In this document: one piece after another, positions 11,413 through 24,048 of the stretch
Numbering within the stretch: the first letter of the stretch is position 1
Layout of the letters: each line of letters starts with the position of its first letter
Assembly (NCBI GenBank): GCA_030390025.1
Contig: CM059431.1
Span: forward strand, 133,116,001 to 133,180,000
DNA from: Squalus acanthias
Lineage: Eukaryota
Length of the DNA: 64,000 nt
Direction of reading: 5' to 3'
Made by a program: the position numbers and the translations under genes
The notes under the pieces: model-generated
Seen by the model: only the letters and a program-made list of their open reading frames with translations
Database searches by the model: none
What the model was told of the DNA's origin: nothing

Positions 11413-12746
11413 AAGAAATCAAATTCAAAGATTACACTTGTTTAGAAATTCTACCTTTTGTCTGGCTGAATGTTCAAATCACTAATTTAGGTGAGAGGAT
11501 CATTCATTTTGACGTCATTTACAACAGATATCTTCTTGGGCAGTCCCTCGGAACCAAGGAGATGCATAACAAGTGACAACATTTTTCACACATGTTTCCT
11601 TGTTATTTGTAGTTGCACTTTCACTGAAAGTTTCCATTCTTAACAGGAAACTGCAGTAACATAATGTTACATTTTCAGAGCAATAAAATGTTAAACTTAA
11701 TAGATTTTTTAAGAAAATCCAAGAATACAACAGTAATTAATCACTGCTTGTGTTCCATGCTCTAAACATGTATTTTAAGAGTAGGAGATGCTGTGTTTTA
11801 CTCACATTTTAACCCAGCAATGGAGTTTGGCTTTCAGACAGCTTTGCATTTTTACTAAACATTCTTTTTGCTTCTTCTTTCTCTTGCTACTGTGTAAATC
11901 ACTCTTTTAGGTATGCTTTTGCCTTTTTGGTGCTTGTATTATTTGCCATCTCAAGCACAATATTAAAGTTGCCTCACAATGAGCATTTGGTACAAATAGC
12001 AACTCAGTCTATCACTTCTGCCTGCACTCATTGGGGCAAGAAAGCTTAAAAGATTGTAGGTTAACTTTGTACTTTTGAAGTTTCCCATTGTTTTGTGGTT
12101 AGTCTGTAGAATTGGATGAAATTGATTTCAGAGAGGGGAGTTGATTTTCAGGTTACAATGTATGGATAGGAGCATTTCATACATCATTGTTATTCGGTAT
12201 GGAAATGGTTTAAATATTTTAATCAATTCATGGGAGTCACTGATTATTTTTGAGACCGATTGTATTTATCTGATAAAATAGCAGAAATTGGTGGCTATAA
12301 AATGATAGAGAAGGCCTTGTGACAAAACTGATAGTATAGGGATGGGATTAGATGTGAATGAAAGGGATTGCGTTGGATTGAGAGACTACTTTCTGGTTTA
12401 ATTAATGTCTTTCCTGGTTCTATCTTCATTGTATTCTCTGATTGCTGCATTTGGTTTTAGTGACAGATTATATAAGGCCTGTATACTTTTAAATCAATTA
12501 TACCATCGTGCCACTCATTGTTACTTAACGAAAGAACTCATAATAGTTCATTCTGTGTTACTATTGTTCTAATTGGTGTTCCATATTGTTATGCCAATCG
12601 CATCACACATATTATTTGTTTGGATCATTACATTGTTAATGCAACTTTGCTGAAGCTATCTAAATAATCATAATATACAAATTATAAAGCAATTTGGAAC
12701 GTTCCTGAAGCCAGAATCACTTGAAATTTGAACTGTTATTTATATT

Positions 12747-13500
12747 AGCATAGAAGTTCACAAAGTTGCTGCGGGGGTCAGGATCCCCCGCGATATCGCA
12801 CTCCGCGCCTGCCTTTATGGTTCGGGCCCACACGAACTTCTGGTCCTGGGCCTCTCCCTGGTGCCGGCGCGCAGTGTGTGCGTGTCCCAGAGGCGCAGTT
12901 AGTTTGATGCGACCTCTGGGATCACGTGGGCCAGTTAGAGCCAATGGCAGCACACCATCTTTCATTCATAGTTTTGACAGGAGAACTGTCAGAACTATGA
13001 ATACAACTTGCCCCCAAAAGAACAGCTAAACCTCAATTAAATTAAAAAAAAACCATCACATTAATAAAATAACTATAGTTAAATAAATTAACCACTTTAA
13101 ATAAAAATTTTAATTTTTGAACAATTTTAATTCTTTTTAAAAGTTATAAAAATAAACTTACCTTTCTTTAAAGTCTCTAAAAAAGATAAACCTGTTGAAA
13201 AAAATTTAAAATACTTAATTAACTACTTACCTTGTTAAAAGGGGGTCTTACGCCTCCTTTTTTCATGTGTAAAATCTTCCATACTTACCCTCGCGTTCAA
13301 ACCTGAAAAAAAACCTAAGTGTGCTGCGTGCGCACAGCCTGTAGTGCGCACGCGGTTCACTTAGGAACCGCCCCCTTCGCAATATCGGAAGTGCCGGTTT
13401 CCCGCGCATGCGCAGTGCATGCAGGAAACCGGCACTTCGGGACCGAATACGGGTGAGTACACAGTGCGTACTCTCCCGTATTCGGCCGAATTTCTGGGCC
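12747..13500. mobile_element. Palindrome-rich MITE, related in opposite orientation to 55233-55898
   Basis: Right TIR GAATTTCTGGGCC, left end degenerate; ATT on both flanks; shares CTGGGATCACGTGGGCC, CCTGGGCCTCTCC and a TTTTGACAG...CTGTCA hairpin with the 55.2 kb copy; AT-rich core. Confidence 0.8.
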
Positions 13501-14234
13501 ATTATAACTGTTATCAGTCTAGACACGGCAATACACAGACAGATGGATGGACAAGGTCATCAGTCCTTTCAGCTATACCAAAAACACCAGTTTCAAAAGA
13601 ACTGAGATCCAATAGCAGCTGTGAGGAAGAGAACAGCAATGACATAATTGATGGTTGACTGCATTAAAATGTAACTGTGGCACTATAGCAACTTTAGAAA
13701 GTTTTCAACTCCAATAACAATGTGCAACTGTTCCTTCTGACCCCAATCAAAGATAGTCCTACAATGAGGATCAAAATTGTTGGGAAATGATGGTTCTGTA
13801 GTCTGTGAACTCATGAATAAAAAATTACCTCATTCTTTGATACCCAATGGGATAAGACTGTCTAGAAACGCTGTATTTAAAAAAAGAAATCAACAGACAT
13901 AACAAATTATTCATAACTTTAGTAGTGAAGTGGTTAATTTCCAATGGTATATGGCTCTCCACAGTCTGTCTAATTGTGGGAGAGCAGTTTCCAATCACTA
14001 ATTTATGGATTGACCAGCAGGTTGTCTAGATTTGTCAGTTTTTTGTTTGCACAACAAAGTGTTGCATCTACTGTCCATGTTGAGAACTGTTTAAATTCAC
14101 TGCACATATTAAGAACCAGACGGGACTCTCTGCCACTGATAACATCGTAAATCATACCTTTTAGTTATTTAGTTGGAGAAAAGCACATTTACATAAAATA
14201 TCAAACTCATGGGCTGGGATGTGACATCAAGGTG

Positions 14235-14395
14235 ATGTACTAGGTTAGCAACTGTCCTTTCACTGCTGGAGTCTGAATTTGAATCTAATCCAGACTAATA
14301 GAATGACAGTCTCCTCTTTCTGCTGGTTGTAAGAGTCCTACATGAAGTGAGTTTGGGTCATCTCACCTATTTCCTAGTGCAAGCTCACAGAATAA
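14235..14395 (+). mobile_element. LF-SINE-like 5'/central fragment
   Basis: CCTACATGAAGTGAGTTTGGGTCATCTCACCTATTTCCTAGTG resembles the recalled LF-SINE core, preceded by a decayed B-box (TTTGAATC). Confidence 0.5.
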
Positions 14396-15354
14396 AACTC
14401 TCCATAGCTGGGATCTTACTTACAGATTAAGAATGTTTGTGATGGGAAATGAAAATGTCACATTTGTGATGAAGAATTTCCTGTGTGATTCACCCAGACC
14501 AGGGACACTGATACCAATTTAGGAATCTACTTAGTGCATTTACCTACTGAGCCATGGGGGGAACAGGCCAACCCAGACCTGAAATGACCTGAACTGGAGA
14601 AATTTCAAGTATTCACAAATTTATTTGAAGTGACACATTTGGAGTCACACTGTGAGTGAAATTTCAGTGTCAGAATTTTTTTGACAGCAGAGTGACACCT
14701 GGAAATAGTAGCGATTATTATAATTAACATGTTCATCCATTGGGGACTGTGATGAAGACAGGAACCTGTTTTAAAATCATTTTTTCTTCGATCAGCTCAA
14801 ATAATGTCTAAGTACTTTCTTGGAAAACTGTAACGGCTGCTGAGAAACATTGAGGAAACAATTTTCCTGGGGAGTCCTGTGTCCAGTCTAAGATACGCCC
14901 AAATTTGGTGGACCAGATCACTACCATGGCCTGGTCATAGCTCTGGCACATTCCATTCCTTGATAAGGCCTTGCAGCAGTAACCGTGGGTGAAGAGAAGC
15001 TTAGCTGGCCGTCAACCTCAGGGACCAAAGTTCCGAGAGATCCTGCAAGAGAAAGCTTCTTGTGGCACCACTGGAAATGATTGTTCACGCAGAACGTAAC
15101 CACAGGAAATTGAGGCAAGAGCGCCAGGAATGCCTCCTTCCACCTTGTTACCATGGCAACACTGGGCTTGTGCCTATTGCAGGTGCGAGCCCTGCTCCAC
15201 CCTTGGGGAAGCCCCTAAACTCCTGAGCATTATAAGGGGACTGGAGACCTGCGATTACGGGTCTTGGCCCCCTTTATCTTGTCCTTTTTGCTCAGGGAAT
15301 AGGTATTGATCAAGAAGTAACGCCAGGGAAATTAGAGGGGAAAAAATGCAAAAT

Positions 15355-15475
15355 AGCGCAGAAACTGGAAATCTGAAATAAAAACAAAAAATGCTGGAAA
15401 CACTCAGCAGGTCAGTGGAGAAAGGAAAAATGTTAACATTTCAGGTTTTATCAGGTTTTATGATCCTTGATTAGT
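15355..15475 (-). mobile_element. Penelope-like terminal repeat remnant; related pieces at ~28055-28087, 28402-28500, 44557-44600
   Basis: CTGAAATAAAAACARAAAATGCTGGA..CACTCAGCAGGTCAG recurs in both orientations next to a decayed CTGANGA...GAAAC-like motif. Confidence 0.5.
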
Positions 15476-18400
15476 ATAGAATGTGTTACAGATTAACCCA
15501 GGAAAATCAGGTTCAAAGCCCCAGTAAGCATTTGATAACAGTTAATCTAATTATAAGTTATTTGAAAGACAAATGGTATTTCATGTGTTAATTCCTTTCA
15601 CCCACATAGATGAAGCAATGTAATATTACATAGAGTTTACAGCACAGAAACAGGCCATTCTGTCCAACAGCTCTGTGCTCCACATATGCCTCCTCCCACC
15701 TTACTTCATCTCACCTGATCAACATCTGTTTTCCAATTGTTGTCAAGTGTCAAATTAACTATTAAGCTGCCAGGAAGCCTCAGTTCACACCATTTCCATC
15801 TTGTCTACCAAAGCAAAAATGGTTTCCAAATCAGTTGGCTAACTATTGAGAAGAAATTGTTTGATCTTCAAATGAGAAGACACCTATTAACCCACAAACT
15901 CTCTCAGGGTCTTTAATTCCCTATTCAACTCAAGATTAATACTCTGTAAGAAATAATTCCCATGTAATTTACCACCAAACACTGTGTTTCTTCAAGAATT
16001 TGCTGAGGAAACCTACAAAGATGTTTAACTTTTATTTTCTCATTTATAAACAGACAAGCTAGTTCATATATTATGCAAAGTTGGCCATTGGGCTTTAAAA
16101 GACTACCTTTTTGCTTGTATATTATTTCATCTGTAAATAAAGTTGAAGAAGTAGTTTAGTCTTTATGCATTGGTCTGGCAATGTGTTATTTTCCACCTTC
16201 TGAGGTACTCTCTAATAAGCGCCTTGCAGCATACTCAGTGTTAATTGTTAAGCCTAGGCACACTATCACACTGTCAGCAGAGAATAAAGATGCAGGTTTG
16301 AGTTCCTCAGAGACTCAGTCTGCTTAAGAAAACTGCCATCTAGCATCAAACATAAATAAAAGGGTTGGGAAAAACTTGAACTGTAACAAGGACCAACATT
16401 ACAAGTTTCCAACATTTTTTCCATCATCAGAAACAGTTCCCCAAAGTTGTCTGAAAAACACTAATTAAACCTTATTAACTGGGAGGTTAATCCAATCAAC
16501 TGGGCCACACTGCAGTTTCTGCATATTAAAGGTCCTTCTAGACCTGTAACTTTTAAATCCTGCTCAAAACTGGTGGCAAAGGAATTATGTCTTCACTAAA
16601 CCCAGCAACATGTACGTTTTCCCTATAGCAGCTATTGTCCTTTCAGAGTCTTAGGATGAACGGAACCTTCAGGAAAATCAGTTGAGTTAATCTTCCTGCC
16701 AATGTGAAAAGCACGTGCACTGGCCTGGTTTGGTACAGCATGAAAGCAACCCAGCACCCATAGAAAATATTATACATTATAATTACAGGATACAATCAGC
16801 CATAGCTGAACCTATCTTTCTCTTTTGTCTCACCAGCAACTGTTCCCATTACAACAACAAACAATTTGCATTTATATGGCCCCTTTAATGTAGACAAGTG
16901 CCCCAAGGTGCTTCACAGACTTATAATCAAAAAAATTACATAAACTTATTGTTGCCCTAACCCTAAATAGAAATACAGAGGAGGCAAAGGCAAAAATGGT
17001 CATATAAACAAATTTACTGCATTCCTTTCATGAGTGAAATATATACCCGCTGTGTCTTTCTTGTCTGTTACTGTGTAAAATATGTGTTGTTCTCACTCTG
17101 AAAGAATGTGCTCTCTTTCTGGTAGCAGTTCTACTAGTGGAAGGTGGCTCATTCCTCTGTTTACCTTCAGATTATTCAAGAACAAAGTAGAGGGGTCAGC
17201 TGTAATTCCAGATGTTAGAATATTAGTGCATGGAAATCCTTAAATAGTCACAGGGAGAGCCTCCTGGTTTCTGTAGGATACCTTAAGACACGTGGCCAGG
17301 GCTATATGACATCAAAGGCAGGCTGCTGGCATGAGTTAGTTCTAAGGTTGTATCTTTGTGGTGCCCCACATCAGCCACTGATGTTTAAGCACACCTCCCT
17401 TATAGTTTACTATATATTTTCTCCATAATATCTAGCTCTAACTGCAAGCTTTCTTGGACAGTTAACCCCATGTCATATAGAGCAGCAGTCAAGAGAATGC
17501 TCCTATGTTACTTAGTTTTTTTGTCAGCAAGACTTCCACTTGAGCCAGCCATTGGTCAGACGTGAGGTGAGATGTAGAAATGGAGATCTATGAAATGGAT
17601 GTTCTCTTCCACCATCATGTGCAGGGGATTAGTGTTCCACCAGCCTCATTTCAAGTAAGACCCACTGATCTTTATACCTTTCACTCTCTCTGTTTAGGCT
17701 CCAGGATATTTATAACCCCTCACAGGCTTCTCCAAACAACCTGATAGGGATTCTACCTCCATCCTACTGTGAGTGCTCCTGTGTTAGTCACTCACATATT
17801 TGTGAAAGTTCAGCTGGATCTTTCTCCTGATGCCGAGTACAGTCCTGATGGCCATGTGAGTACCTTTTGGTGCAGAACTAATTTGAACTTGTAACCAAAT
17901 GGGGTCAAGTTCTACTTGTTGAAAATGTGGCCCTCTAATGGACTTACTTATGTGGTGCCCTTTTTTATACCTTAACCCATCGATTGTTTCCCTCATCAGT
18001 ATTGTGGCTGGCCACCATTGTCTCTTCTCTAACAAGCATTACTTCTAGTTGATTCTGTCCCTCTTCTCGTTATCTCTTCTACTTAGTTGCAAGCCAAGCA
18101 CTTAACATCGGTGAACTTTTCACAATTGCCAAGCCCCTGAACCTTCTGTCCAGTAGACATTTACCACAACAGTATTCCAGTATCTCTCCTCTGATAGCCA
18201 GAGTACACAAAGATCATTGCTATTATATCACTTTCCATTACTTGTATGGCCAAGCCCAGACTTAAACGTGTTTGCTGCATCAACAGTCTTTTAATAAATG
18301 TTAACTCAAAAACTAACGATCTTCATGTATTAAATATCCTATTCAATTCAATTCAATAGCCTGGATTTTCTAATCATTGCTATTTTAACATGGGTGATAG

Positions 18401-19098
18401 CCCATTGAGTTATCACCACTGTTAAAATAACATCAATCAGAAGATTCAGGCTAAGGTGCCTTAACTTACTACCTTTATTACCCTTCATACCTCTGTGTTT
18501 AATGAAAAAAAAGCAAGTAACTTTTTTGTGTGAGTGAGAAAGACAGTTCAGTAATGGATTGTTGGGACCTTTAGTGAAGAAGAAACTGCCCCTAACCTGA
18601 CCCTTCACCATTTATGGTGACTTCTAGTGCACGTTTAATATAAAAATTAGAGAATAGAATTGCTAGGAAAAAGTCTCAGCAGGTATCCACTCTTCCACTC
18701 TGGTTGTGGTGTTGTCTTCTGGCGGGGAGGATGTAACGAGGGTCAAAGCTGTTGATTTTGCATCTGATGTGAGAGGCGCATGGGAACAATTGTAAAAAGT
18801 GGACCATGAGGTTTGTGGGTTATGATTTTATTTTGTGAATTATTGAAGTTTTATGTAAATTTTTTAACATTTATATTTCAGGTACAGGTATTATTAGTGG
18901 GTTTGGTGACAGCAGTGTGCCACAGAGTTTTTTTGTAGAATGTGATTAGCTCACTTATAAAACTACCAATCAGAAATTACACTGCAAAGACGGTCCAGCG
19001 ATCTGATTGGTTTCTGTTTCCAGTTTGATTGAAGCAATAGGTTGAAGGAATAGTGGTCTCTGGGATCTGATTGATTGAAGGCTTTGGTTCTGTGATCT

Positions 19099-19540
19099 GA
19101 AAAAAAGACTTGCATTTATATAGCGCCTTTCACGACCACCAGACGTCCCAAAGCACTTTACAGCCAATGAAGTGTAGTCACTGTTGTAATGTAGGAAACG
19201 CGACAGTCAGCTCCCACAAACAGCAATGTGATAATGACCAGATAATCTGTTTTTGTTATGTTGGTTGAGGGATAAATATTGGCCAGGACACCGGGGATAA
19301 CTCCCCTGCTCTTCTTCGAAATAGTGCCATGGGATCTTTTATGTCCACTTGAGAGAGCAGACAGGGCCTCGGTTTAACGTCTCATCCGAAAGACAACACC
19401 TCTGACAGGGCAGGACTCTCTCAACATTGCACTGGAGTGTCAGCCTAGATTTTTGTGCTCAAGTCTCTAGAGTGGGACTTGAACTCACAACATTCTGACT
19501 CACAGGCGAGAGCGCTACCCACTGAGCCACGGCTGACACT
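19099..19540 (-). mobile_element. tRNA-derived DeuSINE (SacSINE1-like), full length
   Basis: Minus strand: A box TGGCTCAGTGG, B box AGTTCAAGTCC, Deu-domain CTTTCGGATGAGACGTTAAACCGAGGCCC, L2-like tail AAAGGCGCTATATAAATGCAAGTC. Confidence 0.9.
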
Positions 19541-19674
19541 ACTTGTGATAGAGAAGTGACTCCAAGGCACAATGACGTACATTCACACAGATGCTAATAA
19601 TTTATTTATTTATCAATTTCAAAACAGGATTCTTGGGTAAGCAGCCTGAATTACACCATTAACAGAATAAAATG

Positions 19675-20885
19675 AGTTACAGAACCATAGTTTACAGCAT
19701 AGAAGGAGGCTACTTAGCCCATTGTGTCTGTGCTGGCTCTTTGCTAGAGCAATCCAAAACCAATCATGTATCCTTTTTTACTTCAAATATTTATCCACTT
19801 TCCCTTAAAAGATGCAATGGTCGCTGCCTCAACTATTCCCTGTGGCAAAGCATCCCATGATTCAACGGGGGAGAAATTCGGTATCGCCCCGTTTGGGGCG
19901 CAATTATCGACCGGGCGCAAAGTTTAGCGCCTGGCGCTAATTATCGCCTCCGACTGCAAACTTGGCTTCTATCACCCCTGGAGGTGGTTGGAGCGCTAAA
20001 TCAGGCGCTACACACCTCTCTTAAGGCGCTATCACCAAGGAGTGAGGCGCTACCTCAGAATGCTGGCAAAGCTCATGTGATGTCAGTCAGCAATGGAACA
20101 CAGACACACTGGCGCTGGCCAGTTCTTAAAGGGGAGGGTCAATCTTGCTCTCCATCCACACCTTGCTCATTGCAGCCTTGAATCTCGGCCTGGAGAGACC
20201 TGTACATCAAATCTGCTGGAAAGAACAATGGAGAGGCCCAGGGAAAGATGTCAGAGTGCAGCCCCCATAGTCTCTTCTAAATTGATGCAAGGAAGATCAA
20301 ATCAAAATGAACCTGCAAAGTGCTGCTCAGTACCCAAAACTCCTTCACACAGCGTTGAATCTCTCCAGAAGTGTCTCTCTCTCACTCAGAATGCGTGGTG
20401 CAAAAATGTCGCCGAAAAAAAGGGCAGGAACCGGTCACCTTTAAATAGCGCTCCCCCAGTCCCTTCCCGACTGCAAAATGCTCCCCTCAACCTCTCGTTG
20501 CTAGCGGCAGGCGGTAAGGCAGGGGGCGCCACTCAATATCCGGTCCGGGGCGATACCGGGGCGTTGCACGCTCGACTGACGTCACGATCTGCGGGCGCAG
20601 GAGATCGTGGCGGTAGTGTTTAGCGCTGCCGCAAAATGTCGTCAATTTCGCGAGCGGCGCAAATATCGCCTCACCCGGGCGCTAGTTGCTTTGCGCCCCA
20701 TTAGCGCCCTCTTAAGGCGCTAACGGGAGGCGCAAACCAACCGAATTTTTCCCCCAACATCTTTCTACATAAAGAAATTTCTCTTAACATCTCTCCTCAT
20801 TCTATGCGACAATTTTAAATTGATCACCCCTTGTCAACCGAATCTTTGTTTATTTACCTTATCTAAACCCATCATAATTTAAAAA
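19675..20885 (-). mobile_element. Old CR1 3' remnant interrupted by the 19867-20755 MITE
   Basis: CR1 tail-like CATAG...ACAGCATAGAAGGAGGC; CCCTGTGGCAAAGCATCCCATGATTCAAC continues as AACATC...AAAGAAATTTCTC after the insertion. Confidence 0.7.
19867..20755 (+). mobile_element. ~890-bp Harbinger-derived MITE, copy 1
   Basis: TIR GGGGGAGAAATTCGG / CCGAATTTTTCCCCC; TSD AAC; collinear with 54013-54905 and 59600-60486. Confidence 0.93.
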
Positions 20886-21595
20886 AATGTGTTGAGAATT
20901 CACCCACACTATGTAAATGATGCTGACCATGCAAAAATCAGGCAGGGTCATAATGGTCAAGTAGTTGCTAATAATACACTGCCCAACTAATGCCTGATGG
21001 GACTCCTGTTTGGAAAATTTACCCAGTCATGTCAGAAATCATTCTGACGTAGCTCCGAGTGGCTCAAGCATGCTTACCTCTAAAAATATTATTTTATAAG
21101 TATAAGATATATTAATATATTCTCAAAGTCAATGCTTCTTGGCTGTATGTAAAGTAATTGGAAACACTCCAGGTTTACTATTTGCAGAAATATGTTAGAA
21201 TGCTTAATTGTGGTGCAATAGTTAAACTATATGCTGTTTTGCTGTGGAGATCGTACATATGCATTTGATTTTTTTTTTAATTACTTGTTTTAATTCAAGG
21301 GTAAGGCTCCCTCTATTTCATCCACATTTCTGGTCTTGCTAGACGATGCAATAATGGCAGCCAAGGACATTTGATCTGGCCTTGGACCTTCATCATTTCC
21401 TCTCTTAGCATCTAGGATGTCTATTAGTGATGCCCACAGTAAAAGTTTCCTCTGATTTTTCCTCCCTCCATATGATGAAACCTGGCTTCCATCTGGCACT
21501 TCCACATAGTAGCAAAACTGAGATTTGGAATTTGTAAGTGTGGGAATGGCAGGCATAAACTTTACTACACAATTGCCCATATGTCCTTATGCCCT

Positions 21596-22865
21596 ACAAC
21601 AACAACTTGCATTTGTATAGTGCCTTTAACATAGTAAAATGTCCCACGATGCTTCACAGGAGTTATCAGATAAAAATTGACACTGAGCCAAAGGAAACAT
21701 TAGGACAGGTGATAAAAGGCTTAGTCAAAGAATTAGGTTTTAAGCCATGTCTTAAAGAAGGACAGTTAGAGAGGCCTAAAGGATTGGGGAGGGAAATCAA
21801 GAGCATAGCGCCTATACGGCTGAAGGCATGGCCGCCAATGGTGGGCGAAGGAAGTGGGGGATGCACAATAGGCCAGAGTTGGAGGAACATAGAGTTCTCG
21901 GAGGGTTGTCAGACTGGAACAGATTATAGATAGTGAAGGGCAAGGCCATGGAGGGATTTAAACACACAGATGAGAATTTTAAAATCAAGGCGTTGGTGGA
22001 CCAGGAGCCAATGTAGGTCAGCGAGCACAGGGGTAATAGGAGAACTGGACTTGGTGTGAGTTAGGATACGGGCAGTAGAATTTTTGATGAGCTCAAGTTT
22101 ACGGAGTGAAGCCGGCCAGAAGAGCATTGGAATAGTTGAGTCTGAAAGTAAGAAAAGCATGAATGAGTTTTTTAGCAGTAGATGGGCTGAGGCAGGAGCA
22201 GAGATGGGTGTTATTGTGGAGGTTGAAGTAGGTGGTCTTTGTGATGGAGGGGATATGGGGTTGGAAGCTCAGCTTAGGGTGAAATAGGATGCCGAGTTTG
22301 TGAGCAGTCTGGTGGCATAGTGGTTAGCACTAGTGCCTCACAGCGCCAGAGACCCGGGTTCGAATCTGACCTCGGGTGACTGTCTGTGTGGAGTTTGCAC
22401 ATTCTCCCCGTGTCTGCGTGGGTTTCCTCCGGGTGCTCCGGTTTCCTCCCACAGTCCAAAAATGTGTGGGTTAGGTTGATTTGGCTATGATAAATTGACC
22501 CTTAGTGTTAGGGGGGATTAAATATGTGGGGTTATGGGGATAGGAGGGGATATGTTAGGGGGAATTAAATACGTGGGGTTACGGGGGTAGGGTGGGATAT
22601 GTGTACTGTGGGGATTAAAGCAGGGACAGGGTACTGGATTTGGATGATCAGCCATGATTGTATTGAATGGCGGAGCAGGCTCGACGGGCCGAATGGCCTA
22701 CTCCTGCTCCTAGATTCTATGTTTCTATGTTTCTATGGTTCAGCCTCAGACAGTGCCCAGGGAGGGGAATGGAATCAATGGCTAGGGAACAGAGTTTGTG
22801 GCAGGGGCCAAAGTCAATGGGTTCGGTCTTTCCAATGTTTAATTGGAAGAAATTGCAGTTCATAC
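21596..22865 (-). mobile_element. L2 LINE 3' fragment, interrupted by an HE1 SINE
   Basis: Translations NFFQLNIGKTE and LRKLELIKNSTARILT..SPITPVLADLHWL; tail ACAACAACAACTTGCATTTGTATAG on +. Confidence 0.9.
22311..22736 (+). mobile_element. HE1-type V-SINE (tRNA head, V-domain, CR1-derived tail)
   Basis: A box TGGCATAGTGG, B box GGTTCGAATC, V-domain GTGTGGAGTTTGCACATTCTCCCCGTGTCTGCGTGGGTTTCCTCCGG; tail GGAGCAGGCTCGA.GGGCCGAATGGCCTACTCC(TTCTATGT)n; L2 resumes after it. Confidence 0.92.
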
Positions 22866-22874
22866 AGGACTGAA

Positions 22875-24048
22875 TCCTTATCCAACGCCTCTCCAACATC
22901 GCCCAGCTGGATGGGACTGCACTCGCCTGGTTCCATTCTTATCTATCTAATTGTAGCCAGAGAATCACCTGCAACGGCTTCTCTTCCTGCTCCTGCATTG
23001 TTACCTCTGGTGTCCCCCAAGGATCTATCCTTGGCCCCCTCCTATTTCTCATCTACATGCTGCCCCTTGGCGGCATCATCAAAAAAAACAGCATTAGTTT
23101 CCACATGTACGCTGATGACACCCAGCTTTACCTCACTACCACTTCTCCCAACCCCTCCACAGTCTCTAAATTGTCAGACTGCTTGTCCAACATCCAGTAC
23201 TGGATGAGCAGGAGTTTTCTCCAATTAAATATTGGGAAGACTGAAGCCATTTTCAGTTCCAGCCACAAACTCTGTTCCCTAGCTACTGACTCCATCCCTC
23301 TCCCTAGCATGTCTGAGGCTGAACTACACTGTTCGCAACCTTGGTGTCATATTTGACCCTGAAATTAGCATATCTGGAGCATAACAAAGACTGCCTATTT
23401 CCACCTCCGTTACATCACCCGTCTCCGCCCTTGCCTCAGCTTATCCGCAGCTGAAACCCTCATCCATGCCTTTGTTACCTCTAGACTTGACTATTCCAAC
23501 GCACTCCTGGCTGGCCTCCCACGTTCTACCCTACGTAAACTTGAGGTCATCCAAAACTCAGCTGCCCGTGTCCTAACTCGCACCAAGACACATTCACCCA
23601 TCACCTCTGTGCTCGCTGACCTACATTGGCTCCCGGTTAAGCAGCTCCTCGATATCAAAATTCTCATCCTTGTTTTCAAATCCCTCCATGGCCTCACCCC
23701 TCCCTATCTCTGTAATCTCCTTCAGCCCCACAACCCCGAGATATCTGCGCTCCTCTAATTCTGCCCTCTTGAGCATCCCTTATTATAATCGCTCCCGTGC
23801 CTTCTGTTGCCTTGGCCCTAAGCTCTGGAATTCCCTGCCTAAACCTCTCCGCCTCGCTATCTCTCTTTCCTTCTTTAAGATGCTCCTTAAAACCTACCTC
23901 TTTGACCAAGCTTTTGGTCACCTGCCCTAATTTCTCCTTATGTGGCTCGGTGTCAAATTTTTGTCTTGTAATACTCCTGTGCAGCACTTTGAGATGTTTT
24001 ACTATGTTAAAGGCGCTATATAAATACAAGTTGTTGTTGTTGTTGTTG
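22875..24048 (+). mobile_element. L2 LINE 3' fragment (RT C-terminal half, frameshifted)
   Basis: SGVPQGSILGP, FHMYADDTQLY, FLQLNIGKTE; tail AAAGGCGCTATATAAATACAA(GTT)n. Confidence 0.95.

Noticed and set aside
17200..18230. Possible very old CR1 ORF1 remnant (EYCCGKCL on minus; weak esterase-like traces on plus)
   Set aside because: Signals are short and on conflicting strands; cannot be supported without a profile search.
20093..20623. Recurrent 176-177 aa ORF (MEHRHTG...) as a novel gene family
   Set aside because: It lies inside the MITE copies, is truncated at 61 aa in the third copy, and has no recognisable domain.
21290..21580. 96-aa minus-strand ORF in unique sequence
   Set aside because: No recognisable motif or convincing splice context; the length is plausible by chance in 64 kb.
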